A stretch of 32,000 bases of DNA from Moraxella nasicaprae (GCF_025643275.1 NZ_CP089977.1:60001-92000), one strand, 5' to 3'. Shown: positions 1 to 8,962, numbered from the stretch's first letter. Notes: generated by a model from the sequence alone, not told the origin. Translations and numbers: made by a program.

Positions 1-1
1 C

Positions 2-466
2 CCGCAGATTGCCAACAATCTGACCGCTGGGATAGAACTGGATGATGGTTTTGCCAAGTTTGACGACATCAAAGAAGGTGGCGGTGTGGGCGTGAACAAA
101 TGGTATCATGTTACCATCAAAGAGGGTCGTAAGCGAGAAGTTCGCCGTATGTTTGACCATCAAGGATTGAAAGTTTCTCGCCTGATTCGCACTCGTTACA
201 GCACAATGATTTTGCCAAAAGAGTTGCGTACAGGTCGTTTTTTGGAGCTTGATGCCAAAGAAATCGGCAAACTGGTGGAATCTGTGGGCTTGCGTCAGCG
301 TCAAGGCACAGGGCTAAATACCGCCACCAAAGAAAAACAAGCAAGAATCCACAAAAAACCGCTCAAATCTCGTGAGGTAAAACGAACTCGCCAAGATAAG
401 AGCAAACGCCCTGCTCAAAAAACAAGCACACCATCACTAAAAAACGCTAAATTTTATAAAATCTAG
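2..466 (+). CDS. rluB: 23S rRNA pseudouridine synthase RluB, C-terminal part (5' end lies outside the window)
   Basis: The frame is open from the window edge (frame of nt 2) to TAG at 464-466. The translation ...GVNKWYHVTIKEGRKREVRRMFDHQGLKVSRLIRTRY...LPKELRTGRFLEL matches the conserved RsuA/RluB-family C-terminal core. It is followed by the Lys/Arg-rich tail typical of RluB. Confidence 0.85.
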   Translation, partial: PQIANNLTAGIELDDGFAKFDDIKEGGGVGVNKWYHVTIKEGRKREVRRMFDHQGLKVSRLIRTRYSTMILPKELRTGRFLELDAKEIGKLVESVGLRQRQGTGLNTATKEKQARIHKKPLKSREVKRTRQDKSKRPAQKTSTPSLKNAKFYKI

Positions 467-483
467 TAATTTTTCTTAATAAT

Positions 484-530
484 AAAAATGGCAAAGTTCG
501 CTGAGAATTTTGCCATTTTTATTATTATTT
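484..530 (+). terminator. Rho-independent terminator of rluB
   Basis: Perfect 12-bp stem: AAAAATGGCAAA (484-495) pairs with TTTGCCATTTTT (509-520). The loop is 13 nt and a T-rich run follows. Confidence 0.75.
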
Positions 531-755
531 TTGCTCAAAAAATGTACATTAAAACTTTGTCAAGTTTAAAAAATCAATCACTTTTTTTGCAATTATATTA
601 GGACTTAATCATCAAAAATATTTTTCTACTCTGTTACAAAAAAGATGGAAAATATTTGCATCGCTTAAAGCCTTGCAGTTGCTACACTTTGCATAAAATC
701 AATGAACAAATCACATTTTTAAAAAAATAACAAGACTTTATTTTTCAAAAAAAAT

Positions 756-800
756 TGTCTATATTGTTGCACCGAATATGGCATTGCACTAGATGTAGTG
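756..800 (+). promoter_or_regulatory. Candidate NrdR operator upstream of nrdA (one good box, one degenerate box)
   Basis: CACTAGATGTAGTG (787-800) is palindromic (CACTA/TAGTG) and fits the published NrdR-box consensus acaCwAtATaTwGtgt. A half-matching box, tgtCTATAttgt, lies around 756-771. The centres are about 30 bp apart, against the usual 31-32 bp. Confidence 0.4.
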
Positions 801-925
801 ATTGACTTTTGAGCATGACACATCGATTGATTTTGCCAAAATATCGCCCAACCGATTGAAAAATCATCATTTTCTATACCAAAGAATTAAGTTGATTGAA
901 TAAAAAACGAGGACGCAGCTTAGCC

Positions 926-3202
926 ATGACACACATTGATCACATCAAAGTAACCAAACGAGATGGTCGCCTAGAAGCCATTGATTATGACAAAATTCAT
1001 CGTGTCATTAATTGGGCGGCAGAAGGCTTGAACAATGTTTCAGTTTCTCAAGTAGAACTAAAATCACATATTCAGTTTTATGATGGGATTCGCAGCCGTG
1101 ATATTCACGAAACCATCATCAAAGCAGCAGCAGATTTGATTTCATCACAAACGCCAGATTATCAGTACTTGGCGGCTCGTTTGGCAATTTTTCACCTAAG
1201 AAAGATTGCTTATGGTGAATTTGAACCACCGCATTTATATGACCATGTCAAAAAACTGACCGAAGCTGGCAAATATGATAAGCATATTTTGCAAGATTAT
1301 ACGAAAGCAGAATTTGACGAACTTAATGATTATATCGATCATGGTCGTGATATGAATCTTGCCTATGCTGCTGTTGAGCAAATGATGGGCAAATATCTGG
1401 TGCAAGATCGTGTCACCAAGCAAGTGTTTGAAAGCCCACAATTTTTGTACATCTTGGTGGGTATGTGCCTATTTGCCAGCTACGACAAATCGGTACGATT
1501 AGACTTCGTCAAGCGTTTTTATGACGCCACTTCCAATTTTTATATTTCTTTGCCAACACCGATTATGGCAGGTGTTCGTACACCAACTCGCCAATTTAGC
1601 TCGTGCGTACTGATTGAGTGTGGCGACAGCTTGGACAGCATCAATGCCACAACATCAGCAATCGTCCGCTATGTCTCACAGCGTGCTGGTATCGGTGTGA
1701 ATGCTGGGGCAATTCGTGCTTTGGGCAGTCCTATTCGTGGCGGAGAAGCACAGCATACAGGGTGCATTCCATTTTTTAAAATGTTCCAAGCGGCGGTCAA
1801 ATCATGCAGCCAAGGCGGTGTGCGAGGAGGAGCGGCGACTTTATTTTATCCTTTGTGGCATTTGGAAATTGAGAGTCTGCTTGTTCTAAAAAACAACCGT
1901 GGCGTTGAAGATAACCGTGTTCGTCACATGGACTACGGGGTGCAGATTAACAGACTGATGTACACCAGACTGATTAAAGGCGAGCAAATCACCCTATTTT
2001 CGCCATCAGATGTACCTGGATTGTACGAGGCATTCTTTGCCAACCAAGAAGAATTTGAACGCTTATACACCAAGTATGAAGCGGATAGTAGTGTGCGTAA
2101 ACGCAGTATCCCTGCCCGTGATTTGTTCAGCCTAATGCTTCAAGAGCGTGCATCAACAGGTCGTATCTATATCCAAAATGTCGATCATTGCAACACGCAC
2201 AGCCCATTTGACCCAACGGTTGCACCAATCCGTCAATCCAACCTGTGTATGGAGATTGCTCTACCAACCACACCACTAAACAACATCAATGATGAAAATG
2301 GCGAAATTGCTCTGTGTACACTGTCTGCCATCAACTTGGGCAAAATCGAAAAGCTGCAAGACATGCAAGAACCTGCCGAGTTGATTGTGCGAGCGTTGGA
2401 CGCCTTGCTTGATTATCAAGATTATCCTGTGGCGGCCGCCAAAAAAGGTAGTCTAAATCGCCGCACTTTGGGCGTGGGTGTGATTAACTACGCTTATTAT
2501 TTGGCAAAAAATGGCACTCGTTATTCAGACAATGCCGCCTTAGGTTTGACGCATCGCACTTTTGAAGCATTGCAGTATTATCTGCTGCAAGCCTCAAACA
2601 AACTCGCCAAAGAATTGGGGGCTTGTCCATGGTTTGACCAAACCAATTACAGCAAAGGCATTTTACCGATTGACCATTACAAAAAAGATTTGGATAGCAT
2701 TTGTCATGAGCCCTTGCATCTGGATTGGGAAACGCTGCGTCAAGAAATTAAGACGCACGGACTTCGCAATTCGACACTATCAGCCTTGATGCCATCAGAG
2801 ACCAGCTCACAAATTGCCAATGCAACCAACGGCATTGAGCCACCACGAGGACTGGTATCCATCAAGGCATCAAAAGACGGTATTTTAAAGCAAGTAGTGC
2901 CAGAAATCGAAAAATACGCTCAACAATACGAGCTTTTATGGAATATTCCTGACAATGCTGGCTATTTACGCTTGGTTGGTATCATGCAAAAATTCATCGA
3001 CCAATCAATCTCAGCAAATACCAACTATGACCCTGCCAAATTTGAGGGCAACAAAGTACCGATGAAAGTGCTTATCCAAGACCTCTTGACTGCTTATAAG
3101 TTTGGCGTAAAAACTCTATACTATCACAATACTCGTGATGGTGCTGATGATAGCCAAGACGACTTGGATGGCGACTGCCCAAGTGGTGCGTGCAAAATCT
3201 AA
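926..3202 (+). CDS. nrdA: Ribonucleoside-diphosphate reductase class Ia, alpha subunit
   Basis: N-terminal ATP-cone (VTKRDGRLEAIDYDKIHRV). Catalytic-core runs include SLPTPIMAGVRTPTRQFSSCVLIECGDSLDSINAT, GCIPFFKMFQAAVKSCSQGGVRGGAATLFYPLWHLE and NLCMEIALPT, plus the C-terminal CPSGACKI redox tail. The start is moved from the ORF-track TTG (896) to ATG 926, which follows GAGGA (909-913). Confidence 0.97.
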   Translation: MTHIDHIKVTKRDGRLEAIDYDKIHRVINWAAEGLNNVSVSQVELKSHIQFYDGIRSRDIHETIIKAAADLISSQTPDYQYLAARLAIFHLRKIAYGEFEPPHLYDHVKKLTEAGKYDKHILQDYTKAEFDELNDYIDHGRDMNLAYAAVEQMMGKYLVQDRVTKQVFESPQFLYILVGMCLFASYDKSVRLDFVKRFYDATSNFYISLPTPIMAGVRTPTRQFSSCVLIECGDSLDSINATTSAIVRYVSQRAGIGVNAGAIRALGSPIRGGEAQHTGCIPFFKMFQAAVKSCSQGGVRGGAATLFYPLWHLEIESLLVLKNNRGVEDNRVRHMDYGVQINRLMYTRLIKGEQITLFSPSDVPGLYEAFFANQEEFERLYTKYEADSSVRKRSIPARDLFSLMLQERASTGRIYIQNVDHCNTHSPFDPTVAPIRQSNLCMEIALPTTPLNNINDENGEIALCTLSAINLGKIEKLQDMQEPAELIVRALDALLDYQDYPVAAAKKGSLNRRTLGVGVINYAYYLAKNGTRYSDNAALGLTHRTFEALQYYLLQASNKLAKELGACPWFDQTNYSKGILPIDHYKKDLDSICHEPLHLDWETLRQEIKTHGLRNSTLSALMPSETSSQIANATNGIEPPRGLVSIKASKDGILKQVVPEIEKYAQQYELLWNIPDNAGYLRLVGIMQKFIDQSISANTNYDPAKFEGNKVPMKVLIQDLLTAYKFGVKTLYYHNTRDGADDSQDDLDGDCPSGACKI

Positions 3203-3204
3203 TC

Positions 3205-3239
3205 AAAAAAATCACACTTCGTTTGGAGTGTGATTTTTT
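3205..3239 (+). terminator. Rho-independent terminator of nrdA (symmetrical A/T flanks, potentially bidirectional)
   Basis: ATCACACT (3211-3218) pairs with AGTGTGAT (3227-3234). It is flanked by an A-run upstream and TTTTTT (3234-3239) downstream, 3 nt after the nrdA stop. Confidence 0.8.
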
Positions 3240-3447
3240 ATGATGAATACACTGGCTATGTTGATGATGTATCATGATAAATTAGATAAATCACACACAA
3301 GATTTATAAAGCAGGCAAACGCTGGTTTTGTCAGCCAATAATCCATGACATTGTGATTGGTATGCTTCTAAAAGTACGCTTTTTGACCATCGTGTGATAC
3401 CTCATCATCAAAAAAAACCAGTCGTCATTTATCAAACTGTTAGCCAT

Positions 3448-3481
3448 AAAAAACAAGCCCCAATATGGAGCTTGTTTTTTT
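3448..3481 (-). terminator. Rho-independent terminator of the DUF481 OMP gene (also bidirectional in shape)
   Basis: AAAAAACAAGC (3448-3458) pairs with GCTTGTTTTTT (3470-3480). The loop is 11 nt, and T-runs are available on both strands. Confidence 0.75.
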
Positions 3482-3497
3482 ATGAGCTGATTTGATA

Positions 3498-4262
3498 TTA
3501 GTGCTTGTAGCGAATACCAAATGACGCCAATGAAATACGGCTGTCACCAGAATCAGCACTGATGTCTTTGATGCTGTAACTTGCCACACCAGCGATGCGG
3601 TCAGTTAGGTCAGCACTCAAAGAAGTGCGTGAACGCAAAGTGCGTGAATCTTTACCAAATTCATAGCCCAAATCTTGGTTGAAACGCACGGTTGGGTTGA
3701 TTTGGTATTCATAGAAAGCTGCAACAGTACCGATGGCTTCGTTGTGCTTGTCATGTGGTGCATAGCGTTCTTTGCTATGGCGATAACCAGCACCAATCTC
3801 AGCAGTCAATGATTGACGGCTGTCTTTTAAAATGTCCATACCAAGACCTGCGGTGGCAGTCGCTTGATAGTCGAACGCACTACCCAAGTCTTTTTCGCCA
3901 GCCAACTGTGCAAATTGATAAACAGTTGGTGAGCTTCTGTGCAGAACCTTACCAGACAGATAGTATTGCTCAGTGTTGGTGGTTGATGCGTCATCATTTG
4001 AGCTGATGGCTTGGGCACGAACTTCTTGACCCCAAACACCTTGTTGGCGTTGGAATAGTAGGTTAGCATTTAGGTTTTCTTTGGTGGTTTTTGAAGTATC
4101 GTTTTTGGTTTGGTTTACCGAAAAGCCAACATCGCCTTCTAGACGGAAGTTTTTGCCCGCTTCTACGGCAACAGCACCGGTTTGGGTGCGAGTTGGACCA
4201 AGGTCAGCAAAAGCTGTGGTAGCGGTAGTCAATGCCATAGCGGCAACAAGTAATTTTTTCAT
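3498..4262 (-). CDS. Outer-membrane beta-barrel protein, DUF481/YdiY-like (putative)
   Basis: Sec signal peptide MKKLLVAAMALTTATTAFA|D, preceded by AGGAGA. Alternating beta-strand pattern with terminal aromatic-rich strands (GIRYKH). The overall layout resembles E. coli YdiY (W after strand 2, SSND..S..EQY segment). The start is moved from 4307 to ATG 4262. Confidence 0.6.
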   Translation of the reverse strand: MKKLLVAAMALTTATTAFADLGPTRTQTGAVAVEAGKNFRLEGDVGFSVNQTKNDTSKTTKENLNANLLFQRQQGVWGQEVRAQAISSNDDASTTNTEQYYLSGKVLHRSSPTVYQFAQLAGEKDLGSAFDYQATATAGLGMDILKDSRQSLTAEIGAGYRHSKERYAPHDKHNEAIGTVAAFYEYQINPTVRFNQDLGYEFGKDSRTLRSRTSLSADLTDRIAGVASYSIKDISADSGDSRISLASFGIRYKH

Positions 4263-4464
4263 AAGTTTTCTCCTAATTATTCCATCTAATGACGGAATGA
4301 CTGCCATTATAGATAAAAATCTGCCAAAGTCTATGATTTTAATAAAAGCTCAACAAAAGTATAAAAAATGACACAATTTCCCCAAAGCATAGGCTTGACG
4401 ATTTTGAAATATTATGAAACAAATTATAAAATTGATTAAAAATCAATCACTTAGTTAGTGTTTG

Positions 4465-4492
4465 TTTACACCGTTTTATGATGTGTTATAAT
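4465..4492 (+). promoter_or_regulatory. Sigma70 promoter of ybaB-recR-rnd
   Basis: -35 TTTACA (4465-4470), 16-nt spacer, -10 TATAAT (4487-4492) with an extended TG at 4484-4485. It lies 37 nt upstream of the ybaB ATG. Confidence 0.6.
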
Positions 4493-4528
4493 AAGCCATC
4501 TTTTGTTCATTTCTAAGGAATCATCATT

Positions 4529-4861
4529 ATGAATATCCAAGCTTTAATGCAACAAGCCCAAGCCATGCAAAAACAGGTCGAAAAAAATGTCGAATCTGCC
4601 AAAGCCAGCCTTGCCACCAAAGAAGTACAAGGCGAAGCAGGTAATGGCTTGGTTAAAGTAACCATGACGGGTCGCCATGTCGTCAAACGCCTATCGATTG
4701 ACCCAAGTTTGATGGGTGATGAGCCTGATATGATTGAAGATTTGGTGGCGGCTGCCGTGAATGATGCGGTTCGTCAAGCAGATGCTTTGCACGAAGAAGT
4801 CATGGCAAGTGCGACATCAAGCATGGGTTTACCGCCAAGCATTAAGGGCTTGTTTGGTTAA
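4529..4861 (+). CDS. ybaB: Nucleoid-associated protein YbaB/EbfC
   Basis: 110 aa. N-terminal [10 protein letters not shown] coiled segment, [27 protein letters not shown] core and the standard position directly upstream of recR. SD AAGGAA precedes the ATG. Confidence 0.9.
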   Translation: MNIQALMQQAQAMQKQVEKNVESAKASLATKEVQGEAGNGLVKVTMTGRHVVKRLSIDPSLMGDEPDMIEDLVAAAVNDAVRQADALHEEVMASATSSMGLPPSIKGLFG

Positions 4862-5454
4862 TGCTGACCCCAAAACTAGATAGACTCATCAAAGAGTTGC
4901 AAATCCTGCCCAGCGTTGGACAAAAATCTGCTCAGCGTATGGCGTTGCACTTATTGAGTAAAAAACGCAATCAAGGCATTGCACTGGCAGCCGCTTTGGA
5001 ACAAGCGATGAGAGAAATAATCGAGTGTCGCCGCTGCCATTCGTTCAGTGATGATGACCTATGCCCCATCTGTGCCGATGCCCGTCGTGATGACCGACTG
5101 CTTTGCGTGGTCGAAAATGCCACCGATGTCATGGCAATCGAACAAAGTGGGGCTTATCGTGGACGATATTTTGTGCTGGGCGGTCATCTATCGCCCATCG
5201 ATGGCATCAATGCCGATGATTTGCATATTGATGAGTTGATTTTTTTGCTCAAAACTCATGCCGTTGAAGAACTGATTTTGGCAACAGGTTCAACTGTCGA
5301 GGGGCAGACCACCGCCTTTTTCATCAGCGAGGCCGCCAAGCCTTTTGTCCAAAAAATCACACGATTGGCACAAGGCATTCCGATGGGGGGTGAGCTAGAA
5401 TATGTTGATAGCCTTACGCTCAATCAAGCCTTGCAAAATCGTGGCTCCATGTAG
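4861..5454 (+). CDS. recR: Recombination protein RecR
   Basis: HhH motif [17 protein letters not shown], Cys4 zinc finger [16 protein letters not shown] and Toprim segment [35 protein letters not shown]. The start overlaps the ybaB stop (TAATG). Confidence 0.95.
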   Translation: MLTPKLDRLIKELQILPSVGQKSAQRMALHLLSKKRNQGIALAAALEQAMREIIECRRCHSFSDDDLCPICADARRDDRLLCVVENATDVMAIEQSGAYRGRYFVLGGHLSPIDGINADDLHIDELIFLLKTHAVEELILATGSTVEGQTTAFFISEAAKPFVQKITRLAQGIPMGGELEYVDSLTLNQALQNRGSM

Positions 5455-5466
5455 TAGTTGATTGTG

Positions 5467-6687
5467 ATGACTGAACACACCGCTTTTACCTTTCCAAACA
5501 TTGATTTTGACACTCGTCAGGTTGATGACCTGCCCGTCATTTGGGTAGATACACCCACTACTTTGGCACAACTGGTCGATGAAATCGATGAAGTTGAAGT
5601 GGTTGGGCTAGACACCGAGTTCATCAAACGCACCACTTATTATCCGATTTTGGCATTGGTGCAAGTCAATACAGGCAAGGCAATTTATTTGGTTGATGCC
5701 CCAAAACTTGATTTAAGCCAATTTTGGCAAGCACTAAGCGAAGTGCCGACCATGGTTTGGTATGCATGTGGCGAGGATTTGGGTATTTTTTATTTATTGG
5801 CAAAATGCCCACCATTAACCAATGTGTTTGATGTGCAGATTGGCGTGGCGTATTTGACAGGAATTTTGCAATCAGGGTACAGTCAGGCCATTAGTGAGAT
5901 TTTGGGCATTTCACTGGATAAGGGCGAGAGTCAATCTGATTGGCTTGCCAGACCGCTGAGCGAAGAACAGCGAAATTATGCCATCAATGATGTGAAATAT
6001 TTGCTGGCTTTGTACGAGGTGGTCAAAGATACATTACAGCAACGAGGGATTTTGGCATGTGCCAGCGAAGATGCCCTATCCTATGCCAAAGAATTGCACA
6101 CACTCCATAACACACCAGATGACCAGCTGTACTTGGATTTGGTTGCACCTCTCTATACCAGAAGACAGCTTGCCTTATTGCAACAATTGGTCATTTGGCG
6201 AGAACAATTGGCTCGTGCCATCAATGAGCCAAAAACCTTTATCTTGGGTAAGCAGGCTTTGCGAGAAATCATTCAAGATGAGCCAAGTAGCATCAAAAAC
6301 CTTGCCAAAACCACCATCAATCGTGGCACATTGCGGCGTTATGGCGATGAAATCGTGCGAATCGTCCATCAAGTTGCTCAAATGCCTGAGGATAAGCTAC
6401 CGCCCTTGCCCGCTCCTACTTATCATAGCAAAAATAAGCCTTTTAAAAATGCTCTTCATCAAGCGATTGATGAATACAGTCAGGCTCATCTAATTCCTGC
6501 CAATCTGTTGCTAAAAAATCGCTGGATTAATCAATTACTGCTCTTGGTGGCTTATGATGGAGATTTGCAAGAGTTGCCCATTGAACTACAAGGCTATCGA
6601 CACGACTGGATTGTCCAGACGATAATGCCTTTACTTGGTAATTACAAAGAACAGATTTTGCAAGTATTTCAAACACCCCCAGCATAA
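5467..6687 (+). CDS. rnd: Ribonuclease D
   Basis: DEDD 3'-5' exonuclease motifs (VGLDTEF, WYACGEDLGIF, NYAINDVKYL) followed by an HRDC-like segment (LALLQQLVIWREQLARAINEPKTFILGKQALREI). The start is uncertain: ATG 5467 is preferred over TTG 5458, and neither has a strong SD. Confidence 0.85.
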   Translation: MTEHTAFTFPNIDFDTRQVDDLPVIWVDTPTTLAQLVDEIDEVEVVGLDTEFIKRTTYYPILALVQVNTGKAIYLVDAPKLDLSQFWQALSEVPTMVWYACGEDLGIFYLLAKCPPLTNVFDVQIGVAYLTGILQSGYSQAISEILGISLDKGESQSDWLARPLSEEQRNYAINDVKYLLALYEVVKDTLQQRGILACASEDALSYAKELHTLHNTPDDQLYLDLVAPLYTRRQLALLQQLVIWREQLARAINEPKTFILGKQALREIIQDEPSSIKNLAKTTINRGTLRRYGDEIVRIVHQVAQMPEDKLPPLPAPTYHSKNKPFKNALHQAIDEYSQAHLIPANLLLKNRWINQLLLLVAYDGDLQELPIELQGYRHDWIVQTIMPLLGNYKEQILQVFQTPPA

Positions 6688-6704
6688 TTAGCATCATCTT
6701 TATC

Positions 6705-6742
6705 AAAAAAATACGCCATCAAACTCAGATGGCGTGTTTTTT
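6705..6742. terminator. Bidirectional rho-independent terminator between convergent rnd and orf233
   Basis: ACGCCATC (6713-6720) pairs with GATGGCGT (6728-6735). AAAAAAA lies upstream and TTTTTT downstream. Confidence 0.8.
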
Positions 6743-6750
6743 GTTCAAGA

Positions 6751-7452
6751 TTATTGGGATAATAGCTGTTCAAGCAGGGCTAAAACGGTAAATTTCTCCA
6801 TGCCCTTACTACTGATGGTGTAATATTTGTCTTGATGGGCAAATTCTGCACTGTAATAAATCACGCCCTTTTTATCTTGAAAAGATTCCAGACGCACAGG
6901 CACATCGCCTATTTTTTCATTGAACAATTCACGCACCAAAGTGATGGGTTGATTTGCCAAAATTTGTTGTTCGCTGATTTCTAATCGTGCTTTGGTATTT
7001 GGATTTTCAAATAGCCGATACATACCCGTATATTTTTTATCCAATAACACACCTTGATACTCCCGACCTGTCAGCACAAAACCGCTAGGCAGCATGGTTG
7101 TTAGAACAGCTGGCTTAAAAGTCGTGGGTTTTTTACGCCCAAAACGATAGCTCATCTTGGCGTGCGTGGCTCGCTTAAATTGAGTTGTCAGTTCCCCGCC
7201 AGTCAAGCTACCCGTATGACGCAATAGATTGGCTTGTCTGTATAATTCTGCTTGATTGTCTAATTGTGAAATATCAACAAAATTAAATAAAACCGTCTGG
7301 TCGGTATTATTTAATTCATTTGGGGTTAAAATAACCTGCTCTGCTGGCAACACATCGACCGTTGGCGTGCTATTAAGATAAATCAAGCCAGAAACACCCA
7401 CAGCACCAATAACTCCTGTGGCGATAAGTAAGCCAATGACCGATTTTTTCAT
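6751..7452 (-). CDS. Hypothetical signal-anchored (or secreted) protein, 233 aa
   Basis: 233-aa ORF in AT-rich DNA. Strong SD AAGGTGG (complement of 7456-7462). The ATG overlaps the yfaE stop as ATGA. The N-terminus is MKK followed by a ~22-residue hydrophobic segment. I recognise no family motif. Confidence 0.8.
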   Translation of the reverse strand: MKKSVIGLLIATGVIGAVGVSGLIYLNSTPTVDVLPAEQVILTPNELNNTDQTVLFNFVDISQLDNQAELYRQANLLRHTGSLTGGELTTQFKRATHAKMSYRFGRKKPTTFKPAVLTTMLPSGFVLTGREYQGVLLDKKYTGMYRLFENPNTKARLEISEQQILANQPITLVRELFNEKIGDVPVRLESFQDKKGVIYYSAEFAHQDKYYTISSKGMEKFTVLALLEQLLSQ

Positions 7453-7781
7453 ACACCACCTTTTTTGTTGCCAGTATTGGCAAAAAAATCATCAGTAAAT
7501 GCCACCTGTTGCTCACAAGCAGACTGAGCATAACTAACACGCAATGTGCCTGTCGCTTGACAACAGCATGCCAAAATTTCATCATCTTCGAGCATGGCAA
7601 TGGGCGTTATTTTATGAATAACATCGCCTGTTTTGGCAAGCACTTTCATGCGACACATACCGCAATAGCCCTCACGACATTCGTAACGAACCTGTTGATG
7701 TTGGGTGCGTATCAATCCTTCAAGCACGGTTTCGTTGTCATGCAGATAAAACCGCATTTCATCACTAAATACCCAACCCAT
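7449..7781 (-). CDS. yfaE: 2Fe-2S ferredoxin YfaE-like (RNR cofactor maintenance)
   Basis: YECREGYCGMCRMKV ... EILACCCQATG reproduces the Cys pattern of E. coli YfaE (CREGYCGSCR ... CCC), and the gene lies immediately downstream of nrdB. It has a ~26-aa C-terminal extension. An alternative start at ATG 7757 is possible. Confidence 0.85.
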   Translation of the reverse strand: MGWVFSDEMRFYLHDNETVLEGLIRTQHQQVRYECREGYCGMCRMKVLAKTGDVIHKITPIAMLEDDEILACCCQATGTLRVSYAQSACEQQVAFTDDFFANTGNKKGGV

Positions 7782-7831
7782 TGCACATAATCCAGCTGCT
7801 CATCATCATGAGCAAGATGTGAAATTTTTGT

Positions 7832-8962
7832 TTATAATTCAAAATCGTCCAAATCCACATCATCAAGGTCGGCATCAATCTGACCAACCAAATAAGTGGT
7901 AATCTCAGTTTCCTGCGGGGCGACTTGTACATTATCTGATGACAACCAAGCGTTAATCCAAGGGATTGGGTTGGACTTGGTCTCAAAAATGGCTGGCAAA
8001 CCAATCGCCGCCATGCGAGTATTGGTAATAAACTCAATGTATTGGCATAGAATATCTTTATTAAGACCAATCATCGAACCATCTTTGAATAGATAATCCG
8101 CCCAATCTTTTTCTTGTTGGGCAGCGGTACGGAAGATGTCAATTGCTTCCTGTGTGCATTCTTGGGCAATGGCAACCATATCTGGGTCATCTTTGCCTTG
8201 ACGCATCAGATTGATGATGTGCTGTGTGCCATTAAGATGCAAAGCCTCATCACGAGCAATCATCTTGATGATTTTGGCATTACCCTCCATCACTTTGCGT
8301 TCTGCAAAGGCAAATGAGCAAGCAAAAGACACATAAAAACGGATTGCTTCTAGGACATTGACCGCCACGATGCACAGATAGAGTTTTTTCTTGATTTCTT
8401 GCAAATCAACCACAATCTCTTTGCCGTTGATGAGATGAGTGCCTGCACCAAACATATTATAATAATTGGATAACTCATAAAGCTCATCATAATATTTGGC
8501 AATGTCTTCGGCTCGTGCCAAAATATGCTCATTATCCATGATGTCATCAAAAATGACCGATGGGTCGTTGACGACATTACGAATGATATGGGTATAGCTG
8601 CGACTGTGAATGGTTTCGCTAAATGACCAAGTCTCAATCCAAGTTTCAAGCTCTGGGATAGACACAAGGGGCAACAGCACCACATTAGGACTACGCCCTT
8701 GAATACTATCAAGCAGGGTTTGATATTTTAGGTTGGATAAGAAAATATGCTGCTCATGCACTGATAAATTGCCAAAATCAATACGGTCACGACTGACATC
8801 GATTTCCTCTGGTCGCCAAAAAAATGATAATTGTTTTTCGATGAGTTGTTCAAAAATCGGGTGTTTTTGCTGGTCATAACGAGCCACATTGACAGGTTGC
8901 CCAAAAAACATTGGCTCAACCAACACATCATTTTTAGTTTGGCAAAAAATCGAATATTGCAT
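7832..8962 (-). CDS. nrdB: Ribonucleoside-diphosphate reductase class Ia, beta subunit
   Basis: 376 aa. [43 protein letters not shown], the radical-site and iron-ligand helices ([24 protein letters not shown]) and the acidic C-terminal tail [10 protein letters not shown] are near-identical to E. coli NrdB as I recall it. Confidence 0.97.
   Translation of the reverse strand: MQYSIFCQTKNDVLVEPMFFGQPVNVARYDQQKHPIFEQLIEKQLSFFWRPEEIDVSRDRIDFGNLSVHEQHIFLSNLKYQTLLDSIQGRSPNVVLLPLVSIPELETWIETWSFSETIHSRSYTHIIRNVVNDPSVIFDDIMDNEHILARAEDIAKYYDELYELSNYYNMFGAGTHLINGKEIVVDLQEIKKKLYLCIVAVNVLEAIRFYVSFACSFAFAERKVMEGNAKIIKMIARDEALHLNGTQHIINLMRQGKDDPDMVAIAQECTQEAIDIFRTAAQQEKDWADYLFKDGSMIGLNKDILCQYIEFITNTRMAAIGLPAIFETKSNPIPWINAWLSSDNVQVAPQETEITTYLVGQIDADLDDVDLDDFEL

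Noticed and set aside
569-583. The 15-mer AAAAATCAATCACTT is repeated at 569-583 and 4438-4452, both in promoter-proximal AT-rich spacers. It could be a shared binding site or uptake signal.
   Set aside because: About one exact 15-mer repeat is expected by chance in 32 kb counting both strands, and more in A/T-biased intergenic DNA. No third copy or palindromic structure was seen.
815-859. A 14-codon uORF (MTHRLILPKYRPTD) whose first codons mimic the nrdA start. It could be a leader peptide or a duplication remnant.
   Set aside because: There is no SD. The similarity is limited to an 8-mer plus a 6-mer, which is compatible with chance. It is mentioned only as a detail of the nrdA leader.
4376-4387. 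The 12-mer ATTTCCCCAAAG is shared between 4376-4387 and the cysA hairpin arm at 14369-14380.
   Set aside because: Tens of 12-mer coincidences are expected by chance in a window this size, and the flanks do not align.
6059-6493. A 144-aa same-strand alternative-frame ORF inside rnd.
   Set aside because: It is embedded in the well-supported RNase D frame, with a Cys/Ser/Met-rich non-protein-like translation and no SD.
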